Source of the DNA: a virus | Strand: one strand, 5' to 3' | Length of the DNA: 64,000 bases | Virus record (IMG/VR): IMGVR_UViG_3300028394_003336 | Part shown: piece after piece, positions 40,268 through 51,033 of the stretch | Position numbering within the stretch: position 1 is the stretch's first letter | Layout of the letters: each line of letters starts with the position of its first letter | Translations under genes and position numbers: made by a program | Notes under the pieces: generated by a model | Databases searched by the model: none | What the model was told of the DNA's origin: nothing | What the model saw: only the letters and a program-made list of their open reading frames with translations

Positions 40268-40900
40268 ATGAACGAAAACGATTTAATGAGTAGATTGGTA
40301 GCATCTAAAGCTATTATGGATAATCCAAAATTTACTAAAAGCAGAAATTCAATGAATGACGGGTTACCTCCAACATCTTTACAAGATTTTGACGTACCTA
40401 ATGCAAAATACAATATTCCTCAGGAATTCTTACAAGAATCTCCATCAATGAGTCAACCTTATTTGTCTGAACTTCCTAAGGTTAATACAAAGCCAGTTGG
40501 TATGCCAAGTGTTGATGCAATTAAAAGTTCTAAATTACCTGATGAAATTAAAAGGTTAATGATTGAACATCCAATAGCACAAGCGCAACAACAAGGAGGA
40601 GGCGCAACATTATCTGATGACTTAATTGAAAGAGCGTCAAGATTAATGAAAAATGAAAATTCAAACAACTATATCCCTGAGTCCGTTAAACCTAAAACAC
40701 AACAACAACCTCAAACACAATCTACATCACAAATTGATTATAAATTGATTAAAAAAATGATTAGAGAAGCTGTTGATGAAGCTTTACAAGAAAATGGATT
40801 AATGGTTGAGAGTAGTGAAAAGGCTAATGAGATGTTAAGTTTTAAAGTTGGAAAACATCTTTTTGAAGGTAAAGTAACAAAAATCAAAAAATTAGTTTAA
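40268..40900 (+). CDS. Hypothetical protein
   Basis: Start MNENDL at 40268; contains SKLPDEIKRLMIEHPI. Confidence 0.6.
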   Translation: MNENDLMSRLVASKAIMDNPKFTKSRNSMNDGLPPTSLQDFDVPNAKYNIPQEFLQESPSMSQPYLSELPKVNTKPVGMPSVDAIKSSKLPDEIKRLMIEHPIAQAQQQGGGATLSDDLIERASRLMKNENSNNYIPESVKPKTQQQPQTQSTSQIDYKLIKKMIREAVDEALQENGLMVESSEKANEMLSFKVGKHLFEGKVTKIKKLV

Positions 40901-40923
40901 GGCATTTTCTTATTGGATATAAA

Positions 40924-40935
40924 TTATTATATTTC
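40924..40935 (+). promoter_or_regulatory. Candidate early/middle promoter element TTATTATATTTC
   Basis: Identical to 20013-20024; precedes the long GT/exonuclease/dUTPase run. Confidence 0.4.
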
Positions 40936-40955
40936 TTTAAATATATTAATAATTT

Positions 40956-42167
40956 ATGTCTAAAATCAATGTACTAGTCGTACCCTCCGATAGAACTGGA
41001 GTTGGTAAATTTAGGTCAATAGACCCTCACATCTTTCTTCAAAACTTATATCCTGAAGATTTTCATATAGATATCGTATACGATGTTGTATATGATGATT
41101 TAGAATTCTTTAAAAAGTATCAAATTGTTTCTTTCCACAGAAGCATTGGTCCTGATTTTGAAAGAGCTAATCAGTTAATTCTTAAATTAAATGAACTTGG
41201 TATCGCCACTGTTGGTGATATTGATGATTATTGGATGCCAGGTAAAGAACATCCAATCCATGATGTTATCAGATTCAATAAAATCAATGAAAAAATTACA
41301 ACAAACTTAAAAATTGCAAAATACGTTTCAACAACAACATCATTATTTGCAGATGAGATAATGAAAATGAATAAAAATGTTGTGGTGTTTCCTAACGCAA
41401 TTAACCCAAAAGAATCTCAATTTAAAGAACCAACACCTGAATCAGATAGATTAAGGATTGGATGGTTAGGTGGTTCATCTCACTTACATGATTTACAATT
41501 ATTAGACCAATCATTCAGCAAGTTAGGTTCAATTAGTGATAAATTACAATATGTTCTTTGTGGATTTGATACAAGAGGAACTGTTACAGAAATTAATTCT
41601 CAAACAGGAGAACATGTTAAAAGAAATATCACACCTGAAGAAACTGTATGGGCATCATACGAAAAAATATTCACTCAAAAATACACAACTATTTCTGAAG
41701 ACTATAAAAAGTTTTTAGAAAAATACGTACAAGACTCTTATCCTAACGAAAATGATGAGGCATATATCAGAGTTTGGACTAGACCCGTACAATCATATGC
41801 AAAGAATTATTCAAAATTTGATGTATCTTTGGCACCAATCAAAAACCACATGTTTAATAGAATGAAATCTCAATTAAAAGTTATTGAGGCAGGTTTCTAT
41901 AAAAAAGCAATTATAGCGTCAAATGTTGGTCCATATACTTTAGACTTAAAACATTGTTTAGACCATGGTAATTTTGTTGACGGAAATGCTTTATTAGTTG
42001 ATGAAAATAGAAATCACTCTGATTGGGCTAAATTCATTGACAAATTGGTAAAAAATCCAAATATGGTAAAAGATATGGGAGAAAGATTATATGAGACCGT
42101 AAAGGACACATATGATTTAAATGTTGTAACAAAAGCAAGAGCAGAATTTTATAAATCAATCGTATGA
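40956..42167 (+). CDS. GT-B (GT4-like) glycosyltransferase
   Basis: DIDDYW, VFPNAI, IGWLGGSSH, DVSLAP...FNRMKSQLKVIEAG. Confidence 0.8.
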   Translation: MSKINVLVVPSDRTGVGKFRSIDPHIFLQNLYPEDFHIDIVYDVVYDDLEFFKKYQIVSFHRSIGPDFERANQLILKLNELGIATVGDIDDYWMPGKEHPIHDVIRFNKINEKITTNLKIAKYVSTTTSLFADEIMKMNKNVVVFPNAINPKESQFKEPTPESDRLRIGWLGGSSHLHDLQLLDQSFSKLGSISDKLQYVLCGFDTRGTVTEINSQTGEHVKRNITPEETVWASYEKIFTQKYTTISEDYKKFLEKYVQDSYPNENDEAYIRVWTRPVQSYAKNYSKFDVSLAPIKNHMFNRMKSQLKVIEAGFYKKAIIASNVGPYTLDLKHCLDHGNFVDGNALLVDENRNHSDWAKFIDKLVKNPNMVKDMGERLYETVKDTYDLNVVTKARAEFYKSIV

Positions 42168-42868
42168 TAAATAATGTACCACTAACCAAGTTTTTATTCT
42201 TAGACATTGAAACCGTAGGATGTGAATCCAATTGGGAAAATTTTAAGAAAAATAAAAAAGAACTTTCATTTCAATTTGAACACATTCAAGACAATCTTAG
42301 AAAAAGATTTCCTGAGGAATCTGACACACCTATTGAGCAATTGTTTGTTAATAGAGCCGCGTTAGTTCCTGAATTTTTAAAGATAGTTTGTGTTAGTGTT
42401 GCATTTGTTATGGATGACGGAACAGTTAAACTACAATCTTTTCATAGTGAAGATGAAGGTAAATTACTTCAAGATGTACAGAAATTATTAAATCGTACAG
42501 GGGATTTAGGGTTCTTCTTATGTGGACATAATGTTAAAGGATTTGATATCCCAACATTAGCTAAACGTATGATGATGTATGGATTAGAACCTCCAAAACT
42601 ATTACCAAGTTATGATACAAAACCTTGGGAGGTTAAGGCAATTGATACCAAAGACATATGGCAATATGGTGGATATGGTCAATTCGCATCTCTTGAATTA
42701 ATGTGTGTTTGTATGGGTGTTGAGTCATCTAAAAATACAGAAGTAACAGGAAATAGAGTTCATGAGGCGTATTGGATAGATAAAAATATTGAAGGTATTG
42801 TAAAATATTGTGAGAAAGATGTTGTGGTTTTGATAGAATTAATTAAAAAATTAAAACAATTAAAATGA
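42164..42868 (+). CDS. PolB-related stand-alone 3'-5' exonuclease
   Basis: LDIETV, GHNVKGFDIP, YCEKDV (DEDDy). Confidence 0.85.
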   Translation: MINNVPLTKFLFLDIETVGCESNWENFKKNKKELSFQFEHIQDNLRKRFPEESDTPIEQLFVNRAALVPEFLKIVCVSVAFVMDDGTVKLQSFHSEDEGKLLQDVQKLLNRTGDLGFFLCGHNVKGFDIPTLAKRMMMYGLEPPKLLPSYDTKPWEVKAIDTKDIWQYGGYGQFASLELMCVCMGVESSKNTEVTGNRVHEAYWIDKNIEGIVKYCEKDVVVLIELIKKLKQLK

Positions 42869-43494
42869 TGCAAGAAATTGACAAAGAAGAAGAATCAGAT
42901 TTATGGAAACAGGTCCAAGAACAATTTGAAAAATTAAAAATACAAACAGGTATTGAATCTGATGAAAATTATAAGAAAGAACTTGATGAAATACTTGGAT
43001 TAACTGATGAAGATTTTAAAGAAATTGACGAAAACACAAAGTTGTTATTATCAAGAAAAAATGTTCAAGTTCAGTTATTAGATAACCTTGCAGTTTATCC
43101 AAAATACGCTTATCCAACAGATTCTGGTTTTGATTTACACTCTACTATAGAATATACTTTACCATCTCTTGGTAGAGCAATAATTCCAACAGGAATTAAA
43201 GTATCTTTTGATGAAAGTTTGGAATTACAAATTAGACCTAAGAGTGGTTTAGCAATCAATCAAGGAATTACTGTTTTGAATACTCCTGGTACTGTGGATG
43301 TAGGATACACAGGTGAACTTAAGGTAATTGTTTTTAATACAAACAAAACTGATTTCACAATCACAAAAGGTATGAAAATTGCTCAAGCTGTTTTTGCACC
43401 AGTAATAAACGGTAGATATATTAACTTTCAAACAGTTAGTGAAGTAGAAGAAAAAGATAGAGGGGATAACGGTTTTGGCAGTACTGGTATTTAA
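42865..43494 (+). CDS. dut: Trimeric dUTPase with acidic N-terminal extension
   Basis: SGFDL, RPKSGLA, PGTVDVGYTGE, IAQ, RGDNGFGSTG. Confidence 0.93.
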   Translation: MMQEIDKEEESDLWKQVQEQFEKLKIQTGIESDENYKKELDEILGLTDEDFKEIDENTKLLLSRKNVQVQLLDNLAVYPKYAYPTDSGFDLHSTIEYTLPSLGRAIIPTGIKVSFDESLELQIRPKSGLAINQGITVLNTPGTVDVGYTGELKVIVFNTNKTDFTITKGMKIAQAVFAPVINGRYINFQTVSEVEEKDRGDNGFGSTGI

Positions 43495-43508
43495 ATTAAA
43501 CTTACTAT

Positions 43509-43679
43509 ATGGGAAAGTATTACGAAAATTTAGAAACTTTAATAGAACTCATAAAAAAAATAGAAAAAAAGAATCTTTTAGCTGAGTTTATTTTGGACTG
43601 TGTTATTATTACAAAGGGAAATCCTGACAAAAGTGCACATGAAATAATAAAAGAAGCAAAGAAAAAACGACTCAAATAA
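43509..43679 (+). CDS. Hypothetical 56-aa protein
   Basis: Not in the track; MGKYYENLETL...KKKRLK* fills the gap and its stop overlaps the next ATG. Confidence 0.55.
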   Translation: MGKYYENLETLIELIKKIEKKNLLAEFILDCVIITKGNPDKSAHEIIKEAKKKRLK

Positions 43680-45307
43680 TGTTAACAATAGCATATTCAA
43701 CAAGAGAACACAAACCAGAATTTATTGAATACCTGAAAAAAAGTTCAGGTTTTAAGAAAATTGAAGTTATTGAAAAAGTTAATAACGGTGAAAAGTCTTT
43801 GGCCAAATTATATAATGAAATTTTGTCTGAAGCAAAAACTGACATAATTGTTTTTTGTCATGACGACATTTATTTTGATACAACAGGATGGTATCATAAA
43901 TTAATGAAACATTTTGATAAATCTGATTACGGTATTATTGGAATGGCTGGTACAACAGATATGCCAGCAAGTGGTAAATGGTGGGAAGATAGAAAAAAAA
44001 TGATTGGGATTGTTAACCACGAAAATGGTGGAAAAAAATGGGAATCAAAATATTCTGAATCATTAAATAATAATATAGGTCAAACAATAATTGTTGACGG
44101 TTTATTCATTGCTGTTGATAAAAGAAAAATTAAAAAAACTTTTGATGAAGAATTTGAAGGGTTTCATTTTTATGATATTCCTTTTTGTTTTGAAAATCAT
44201 TTAGAAGGCGTTAAAATAGGCGTAATAACAAATATTAGAATTACTCATAAATCTATCGGTCAAACTAATGAACAATGGGAAAAAAATAGACAGTTATTTG
44301 AAAAAAAATATAAAGACAACCTTCCATTAAAACTTCCATTTGACCCACAAAAAAGACTTAAAATTTTAATTTCTTGTTTATTTTTTAGAACATTTACAGG
44401 TTCTGAATTATACGTTTATGAATTAGCAAAAAATTTATTAAGTCAAAATTGTGATGTTACTGTGATGTCTCAAATAGGAGGACCATTAACAGATATGGCA
44501 AAAAAGATTGGGATTAAGTGTATTACGTTTGAACAAGCACCAGGATTCAAACTTGGTGATGGTGTGTGGACTTTTGATGCTGGTAATGGACCACAAGTTT
44601 CAACGCCAAATATGATGTATAGGGTTTCAGATGTTAATTTTGATTTAATCCATATGCAACATAAACCTGTTGCGGAAAGAATGATTCAATTTTATCCTGA
44701 AATTGACAAAATATATTCAATTCATTCTGAGGTTATAGAATTAGAAGACCCAATTAAACACGAATCAATTAAAAAATATATTGCAATTAGACCCGAGATT
44801 AAGGAATACATAATTAATAATTTTGAAATTCCTGAAAAAGATATTGAAGTTATTTATAATCCTGTGGATAATGAAAAATTCAAATCAAGACCTTCAAAGG
44901 TTCAAAATGCTGTTTTATTTGTCGGTACCATAGATTATTTGAGAAGAGAAACAATTATGGATTTAATTGATTACACAAAAGATAATAATAAAGAACTTTG
45001 GTTAATGGGTGAGGATAAACAAAATTATCTCATATCAATTTTAACACAGCCACACGTTAAACATTTTAAACCAGGTTGGAACGTTGAAAAACTAATTAAT
45101 GAATGTGATGAAACTGCAGGAATACAATTAGGAAGAACAACAATTGAAAGTTGGTTATGTGGAAAACCGAGCTGGATTTATAAGGTAAATTCATATGGAA
45201 ATATTGAGTCCAAAGAAAAATTTGACCCACCTACTGATTTAGAAAAATACTATGCAAACAATGTTGTCAAACAAATCAAAGAACAATATTTAAAGATTCT
45301 CTCATGA
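43679..45307 (+). CDS. Bifunctional glycosyltransferase (GT2-like plus GT-B)
   Basis: FCHDD, GIIGMAG, DGLFIA, FHFYD in the N-half; TGSELYVYELA, IYNPVD, GRTTIE in the C-half. Confidence 0.8.
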   Translation: MLTIAYSTREHKPEFIEYLKKSSGFKKIEVIEKVNNGEKSLAKLYNEILSEAKTDIIVFCHDDIYFDTTGWYHKLMKHFDKSDYGIIGMAGTTDMPASGKWWEDRKKMIGIVNHENGGKKWESKYSESLNNNIGQTIIVDGLFIAVDKRKIKKTFDEEFEGFHFYDIPFCFENHLEGVKIGVITNIRITHKSIGQTNEQWEKNRQLFEKKYKDNLPLKLPFDPQKRLKILISCLFFRTFTGSELYVYELAKNLLSQNCDVTVMSQIGGPLTDMAKKIGIKCITFEQAPGFKLGDGVWTFDAGNGPQVSTPNMMYRVSDVNFDLIHMQHKPVAERMIQFYPEIDKIYSIHSEVIELEDPIKHESIKKYIAIRPEIKEYIINNFEIPEKDIEVIYNPVDNEKFKSRPSKVQNAVLFVGTIDYLRRETIMDLIDYTKDNNKELWLMGEDKQNYLISILTQPHVKHFKPGWNVEKLINECDETAGIQLGRTTIESWLCGKPSWIYKVNSYGNIESKEKFDPPTDLEKYYANNVVKQIKEQYLKILS

Positions 45308-46014
45308 TTATTTTAACAACAACATATAATTGTGCTCCGTATGTTGAAAGGAGTCTACTGAGTATTATGTCTCAGAGATTCAAAGATTTTACTTGTTACA
45401 TACTTGATGATGTGTCTACTGACAACACAAAAGAAATTGTAAAAAAAACAATAGAGGGTGATTCAAGATTTATACTTGTTGAAAATCACACTAAGTTTTA
45501 CCAACCAGGAAATTACGACCAAGTAATAAATTGGAGAGCAATTTCTGGTGATGAAATTTGTGTTGAGGTTGATGGTGATGATTGGTTACCAAACTCAAAT
45601 GTTTTTGACTTAATCAATGAAACATATAAAGACCCTGAAGTTTGGATGACAAGTGGTTCATTCAAATATCACGATGGAAGACCAGGGTTTGCTAATCCCC
45701 CTACTCACTTTACTAACGTTAGAAAACAAGCCTTCACTCTTTCTCATCTTAGAACTTGGAAATCTTGGTTATGGAAAAAAATCAAAGAAGAAGATTTAAG
45801 AGATGAAAATGGTAATTACTGGAGCGTTGCTGGTGACTTATCATTCATGTTTCCAATGTTTGAAATGTCAGGACAAGAACACTATAGATTTTTACCAAAC
45901 ATAAATTACATTTACAACGAATCTAACCCAATTAATGACCATAAAGTTAACATGTCTAATGTTACTCAAACGGTAAATAAAATAAGAAATAAAACACCAT
46001 ATACAAAATTATGA
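45304..46014 (+). CDS. GT2 glycosyltransferase
   Basis: TTYN, LDDVSTD, VDGDDWL. Confidence 0.85.
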   Translation: MIILTTTYNCAPYVERSLLSIMSQRFKDFTCYILDDVSTDNTKEIVKKTIEGDSRFILVENHTKFYQPGNYDQVINWRAISGDEICVEVDGDDWLPNSNVFDLINETYKDPEVWMTSGSFKYHDGRPGFANPPTHFTNVRKQAFTLSHLRTWKSWLWKKIKEEDLRDENGNYWSVAGDLSFMFPMFEMSGQEHYRFLPNINYIYNESNPINDHKVNMSNVTQTVNKIRNKTPYTKL

Positions 46015-46658
46015 GTTTTCATTCAATCGTTGAATCAATAATATTTTATAGAAATTCAAAAAACAAAATAAATAATATCTTGCACATTGGTGCATGTTTA
46101 GGAGAAGAATTATCTTTTTATAAAGAATTAAATCCAGAAAAAATTTATTGGTTTGAACCAAACCCAAAATTATTAGAACAGTTAAAATATAATGTAACTA
46201 ATCAATCATTTGAAAGTTTAGTATTTCCATACGCGGTTAGTAATAAAAAAGGTACTGCGGAATTTAACATTATTGAAAATACTAAAAAAACAAATCCTGG
46301 ATGTTCATCATTACAAAATTTAAAAGTTCATGCAGAATTATATCAAGACATTACCAAGGTTGATACCTGTATTGTTAATACAATTAACATTGATGAATTT
46401 TTACAAGAAAATAATTTAGAAACAAATTTTGATTTAGTAAGTTTAGATACTCAAGGTCACGACTATGAAATTTTAAGTTCAAGCGAACTTATTTTTAATA
46501 GTAAAATAATTGTGATTGAAACGGCTAAAGTAGAACTCTATGAAGGCCAAAAAATAGATGTTGAAATTGAAGAATTTTTAAATTCTAAAGGGTATAGTAA
46601 ATACTACTACCATGAATTCCATTCTACATGGGGAGATACATTATATGTTAAAAATTAA
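46011..46658 (+). CDS. FkbM-family methyltransferase
   Basis: LHIGACLGE, FEPNP, LDTQG, LYEGQ, WGDTLY. Confidence 0.85.
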   Translation: MSFHSIVESIIFYRNSKNKINNILHIGACLGEELSFYKELNPEKIYWFEPNPKLLEQLKYNVTNQSFESLVFPYAVSNKKGTAEFNIIENTKKTNPGCSSLQNLKVHAELYQDITKVDTCIVNTINIDEFLQENNLETNFDLVSLDTQGHDYEILSSSELIFNSKIIVIETAKVELYEGQKIDVEIEEFLNSKGYSKYYYHEFHSTWGDTLYVKN

Positions 46659-46663
46659 TACTA

Positions 46664-47437
46664 ATGGAAAACGTATCTTGTATATTAACAATACATAATA
46701 AAGATTTTTTAATTGAGCGGGTATGTAAGTCTTTGTTAAATAATTTATCTAACAAAACTAATCAACTTATTATTGTTTTTGATGGATGTACTGATAATTC
46801 TATCCCAATAGTTAAAAACACATTAAAAAATATAACAAAATTAAAAATTGATTATGTTTACACTGATAACGTTTTTGAGACTAAAGCAAACAATGCGGGG
46901 TTAAAAATCGTTGATAACGATTACGCATTATTAATTCAAGATGATATGGTTGTTAATGAAAAAGATTTTGACATTAGAATGTTAAAACCATATCAAACAT
47001 TTAATGATGTTTTTGCGGTAACCTCATTTATTGCACACAACAATATATATAATGAACAAATTAAAGAAATTAATTATATTGATATGGCAAATAAAAAAGA
47101 TTCGTCTAGGGATATTTTTTATGCCCGAGAATATGGAAATAGAGGACCTTTAATGTACAACTATCAAGATGTGGTAAAACTTAATTATTTGGACGAATGG
47201 TTCTCTCCACAAAATTATGATGATATGGATATCTCAATTAGGGCATTTAAAGAATTAAAAAAAGTATCAGGATTATATTGGATAGATTATACATCAGACC
47301 CAAGATGGGGTTCTACTCGTCAAAAAAATCATGATTTACATCATAATTTAGTTAAGGTAAATTCTCAAAAAATTTTAGAAAGGCATAAAGATTTACTTTA
47401 TGGTGATAAATTTATTGAAAATAGAGAATTAAAATGA
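46664..47437 (+). CDS. GT2 glycosyltransferase
   Basis: LTIHN, FDGCTDNS, NNAG, IQDDM, DDMD. Confidence 0.85.
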   Translation: MENVSCILTIHNKDFLIERVCKSLLNNLSNKTNQLIIVFDGCTDNSIPIVKNTLKNITKLKIDYVYTDNVFETKANNAGLKIVDNDYALLIQDDMVVNEKDFDIRMLKPYQTFNDVFAVTSFIAHNNIYNEQIKEINYIDMANKKDSSRDIFYAREYGNRGPLMYNYQDVVKLNYLDEWFSPQNYDDMDISIRAFKELKKVSGLYWIDYTSDPRWGSTRQKNHDLHHNLVKVNSQKILERHKDLLYGDKFIENRELK

Positions 47438-48030
47438 AAATAAAACCGTCAAACGATACCGAATGGAGACAACAAAATGGTGATTATACATACAGAATTA
47501 ATTATCCATTAACGAACAATTCAATTGTTGTTGATTTGGGGGCAAGACATGGACATTGGTCAGAATTAATTAGAAAGAAATATTCACCAAAAATATATTG
47601 TTTTGAAGTTGTTAGTGAATTTTGTAATCAATTAAAAAATTTAAATTATAAAACATTTTGTATTGCGGTTTCTGATAAAAAAGAAAAAGTTAAATTAGGA
47701 ATTGTCCAATCAGAAGCATCATTATTTTTTAAAGAATCTACATTTGAAAGTGAATCAATTCCCGCAAATGAAATATTTGAAATTATTAATGAAGAACACA
47801 TTGATTTAATGAAAATAAATGTTGAAGGTGCTGAGTATTCAATTTTAAAAAATTTAATTGAGACTAATTCAATAATTAAAATAAAAAATATACAAGTACA
47901 ATTTCATTTATTTAATGACGAAGAAAATTCTGATTATGATTTAATATCTAAAGAATTATCTAAAACACATAAACTAACTTGGAGATTTCCATTTGTGTGG
48001 GAAAATTGGGAATTAAAATATGAAATTTAA
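47434..48030 (+). CDS. FkbM-family methyltransferase
   Basis: VDLGARHG, FE, IDLMKINVEGAEY, IQVQFH. Confidence 0.85.
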   Translation: MKIKPSNDTEWRQQNGDYTYRINYPLTNNSIVVDLGARHGHWSELIRKKYSPKIYCFEVVSEFCNQLKNLNYKTFCIAVSDKKEKVKLGIVQSEASLFFKESTFESESIPANEIFEIINEEHIDLMKINVEGAEYSILKNLIETNSIIKIKNIQVQFHLFNDEENSDYDLISKELSKTHKLTWRFPFVWENWELKYEI

Positions 48031-48715
48031 TATATCTTTTTTTACAGACGAAAATTTTAGATTCAGAGAAAATCTATTATTAGAACGATATCAAAATATG
48101 AAATTTGATAACGTATTTGTGCACACATCAGAAGAAATAAGAAATACTGATTTTTACAAAGAATTTAAACATATTTTAGACCAACCAAAGGGCGCAGGAT
48201 ATTGTTTATGGAAACCATACATTATATTAGAAGATTTAAATAAAATGGATGATGGCGATGTTTTAGTATATTTGGATGCCGCGGATGATTTAGTGGGTGA
48301 TGGTTTACATCATATTAAAATTGCCATGGATAAAAGAGATTATTACATCAGTAATTGGCGTGGAGCAAGAAATAAGCAAAGAGAAAAAACAAAAAAAGAT
48401 TGTTTTGTTCTTATGGATTGTGACAATGAGTTTTTTCATAACTTCCCTCAAGTAGAAGCTGGATTTGTAATTTTTAAAAAAAATCAAGATAATGTGAATT
48501 TTATCAATCAATGGTTAAATTATTGTAAAAACGAAAATATATTGACTGATAAACCAAATGAACATGGGAATAATCTACCTGAATTCAAAAATCATTTATA
48601 CGACCAAAGTGTTTTAACCAATTTAGTTTTAAAAAATAATATAAAACTTTCATATGTTTTAAAAGATAGTGTTGCATATAATGTAGTCCCACCTTCAAAC
48701 ACCCATAACTTGTAA
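48020..48715 (+). CDS. Putative GT-A glycosyltransferase
   Basis: GYCLWKPYII, VYLDA, HLYDQSVL. Confidence 0.55.
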   Translation: MKFNISFFTDENFRFRENLLLERYQNMKFDNVFVHTSEEIRNTDFYKEFKHILDQPKGAGYCLWKPYIILEDLNKMDDGDVLVYLDAADDLVGDGLHHIKIAMDKRDYYISNWRGARNKQREKTKKDCFVLMDCDNEFFHNFPQVEAGFVIFKKNQDNVNFINQWLNYCKNENILTDKPNEHGNNLPEFKNHLYDQSVLTNLVLKNNIKLSYVLKDSVAYNVVPPSNTHNL

Positions 48716-48749
48716 TTTACATTTAAACACTATTATTTATTCTTAGTAA

Positions 48750-49577
48750 ATGGGAAATTCAATAACCGCAAATTTAATGGGTGGTCTTGGTAATCAATTA
48801 TTTGAAGCCGCTCACGCATTAGCACAAGGTTGGAAGCACAATAGAGAAACTGTATTCCTTCCACATTCATGGACACCAGGTCAAGGTAGAGGTGCCGAAA
48901 ATTACATTAACAATGTATTCAGAAATCTAAAGTTTGTTGAAAGAGTTGAAGACACAACTACAGTAAACGAAGGACATTTTGAATATTCAGAAGTTAATCC
49001 AGTAGAAGGAGATACCGCATTTCACGGATACTTTCAATCAACAAAAAATTGGTTTGGATTTGACGAAAAAATTAGAGAAATCTTCCAGCCACCCGCAGAA
49101 CTTGTAGAAGAGTTCATGGGAAAATACCCTCAACTATCTCAACCAAACACATTATCACTTCACGTTAGAAGAAGTGAGTATCTTCAGTTCCCTGAAATAC
49201 ACCCTACAATCAGCATAGAATACATTCAAGAGGCTTTAAAAGTTATTGGTGAATATTCTACCGTTTTTGTATTCAGTGACGACCACGACTTTGTAAGAGA
49301 GAATTTAAACTTCCCTTCAGTTATTTTTGTTAACGAACCTGAAGATTACAGAGAATTATGGTTAATGGGGTTATGTCAAAATCATATCATATCAAACTCC
49401 ACATTTTCATGGTGGGGAGTTTTCTTAAATAAAAAACTAAACAAAAAAATCGTTGCACCATCTCGTTGGTTTGGTCCACGAGGTCCTGAGGCAAAAGATA
49501 TCTACGAATCATATTGGAACATAATTCCTTGTGATTGGATTGAGGGCGGTAAATTAATGCCGATTAAAAATGATTAA
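48750..49577 (+). CDS. GT11 alpha-1,2-fucosyltransferase-like
   Basis: GGLGNQLF, GYFQS, HVRRSEY, FSDD, IISNSTFSWWG. Confidence 0.9.
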   Translation: MGNSITANLMGGLGNQLFEAAHALAQGWKHNRETVFLPHSWTPGQGRGAENYINNVFRNLKFVERVEDTTTVNEGHFEYSEVNPVEGDTAFHGYFQSTKNWFGFDEKIREIFQPPAELVEEFMGKYPQLSQPNTLSLHVRRSEYLQFPEIHPTISIEYIQEALKVIGEYSTVFVFSDDHDFVRENLNFPSVIFVNEPEDYRELWLMGLCQNHIISNSTFSWWGVFLNKKLNKKIVAPSRWFGPRGPEAKDIYESYWNIIPCDWIEGGKLMPIKND

Positions 49578-50196
49578 TACAAATCCTAATAACAAAACAT
49601 GTGACATAGCACACATCAAAAGTATTATAACAATTAACAATTATGATTTAATTGGTGATGTTATTGAATTTGGAACCTTTACAGGTGGAAGTACAAAAAC
49701 TTTATCCTTAACATTTCCTAATAAAACAATATTCACAATTGACCATTTTCAGGGGTTAGAACAAACCAATAAGAACGTACCAAGTGATAGTGATTGGATT
49801 GAAAGAGCATTTGCATTAGACAATCCATTATATGTTGATAACCACAACATACCCAAATCTATTGATGAAGTTAGAGAAAGATTCATGGGTCATGATAACA
49901 TCAAAATGATTATATCCGATGTTCACGACTTAACAGAACCATCTGATTATGGTATTGGTAAAATTTCTGTTTGTAATTTAGATGTTGATATCTATGAACC
50001 AGCAGTATCTGCATTAGAGTTTTTAACCAAGTGCGAATGGTCTGAAGTATTCATCAGATTTGATGATTGGCACGGTGGTGAACCAGAATATGACCAACAT
50101 GAAAGATTGGCATTTGTAGAATGGATTGAAAAGTATAACTATAAATTTAACATTACTCATGGTGGATACATCGGTGGTGTTTATGTAAAACGATAA
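49570..50196 (+). CDS. TylF/MycF-family sugar O-methyltransferase
   Basis: GDVIEFGTFTGGS, DHFQGL, LDVDIYE, FDDW. Confidence 0.8.
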   Translation: MINTNPNNKTCDIAHIKSIITINNYDLIGDVIEFGTFTGGSTKTLSLTFPNKTIFTIDHFQGLEQTNKNVPSDSDWIERAFALDNPLYVDNHNIPKSIDEVRERFMGHDNIKMIISDVHDLTEPSDYGIGKISVCNLDVDIYEPAVSALEFLTKCEWSEVFIRFDDWHGGEPEYDQHERLAFVEWIEKYNYKFNITHGGYIGGVYVKR

Positions 50197-50198
50197 AA

Positions 50199-51032
50199 AT
50201 GGAAAAAAAACAAATTAGAAAAGTATCAGATTGGTGGGGTGAATACGATTGTTCATCAAACCGCAACATGCCAAAACACATTCAATGGCTATCAAGAGAC
50301 ACTGAAACACCACACGAAGTGAGTGTTTATGTTGATAACTACATCAAAGATTGGGGATTCAATGACCCAAAAAGAGATAAGATTGGATGGTTATTAGAAT
50401 CGCCTCAAATGAATGAAGGTACCATCAAATATCTCGTTGACAACATTGACATGACAAGGGAACATTTCAAGTGGATTTTCACTTGTATGGATAGTCTTAT
50501 TGAATTAGGTGCTCCATTTGTATACAACATTTCAAATGCAGCCCCTTGGATTTGGGAAAAAAACAGAGCAATTCACCCTAAAACTAAATTGGTATCAATG
50601 ATTGCATCTAATAAAGGATGGTTACGTGGGCACCAAAATAGATTACAATGGGTTGAAAAATTAAAAGATAAAGTTGACTTATTTGGTTCAGGAAGACCTA
50701 ATCAATTGAATGATAAAGAAGATGGTTTAAAAGATTACATGTTCTCAGTTGCAATTGAGAATGATAATTCGGATACTTACTTCACAGAAAAATTAACCGA
50801 TTGTTTTGCGATGGGTACAGTTCCAGTTTATTATGGTTCAAGAAAAGTTGTTGAAAAATATTTTGACCCAACAGGAGTTATCTTCTTAGAAGATGATGCT
50901 GATTTATCAACATTAACATTAGAAAAATATCAATCATTAATGCCAGCAATTGAAAGGAATTTCATAGCTGCGAATAACCTACCTGTATCGGAAGACTACA
51001 TGTGGGAAAATTATTTAAAAAACTTATTTTAA
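50199..51032 (+). CDS. GT10 alpha-1,3/4-fucosyltransferase-like
   Basis: YMFSVAIEN...YFTEKLTDCFAMGTVPVYYG. Confidence 0.85.
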   Translation: MEKKQIRKVSDWWGEYDCSSNRNMPKHIQWLSRDTETPHEVSVYVDNYIKDWGFNDPKRDKIGWLLESPQMNEGTIKYLVDNIDMTREHFKWIFTCMDSLIELGAPFVYNISNAAPWIWEKNRAIHPKTKLVSMIASNKGWLRGHQNRLQWVEKLKDKVDLFGSGRPNQLNDKEDGLKDYMFSVAIENDNSDTYFTEKLTDCFAMGTVPVYYGSRKVVEKYFDPTGVIFLEDDADLSTLTLEKYQSLMPAIERNFIAANNLPVSEDYMWENYLKNLF

Positions 51033-51033
51033 T

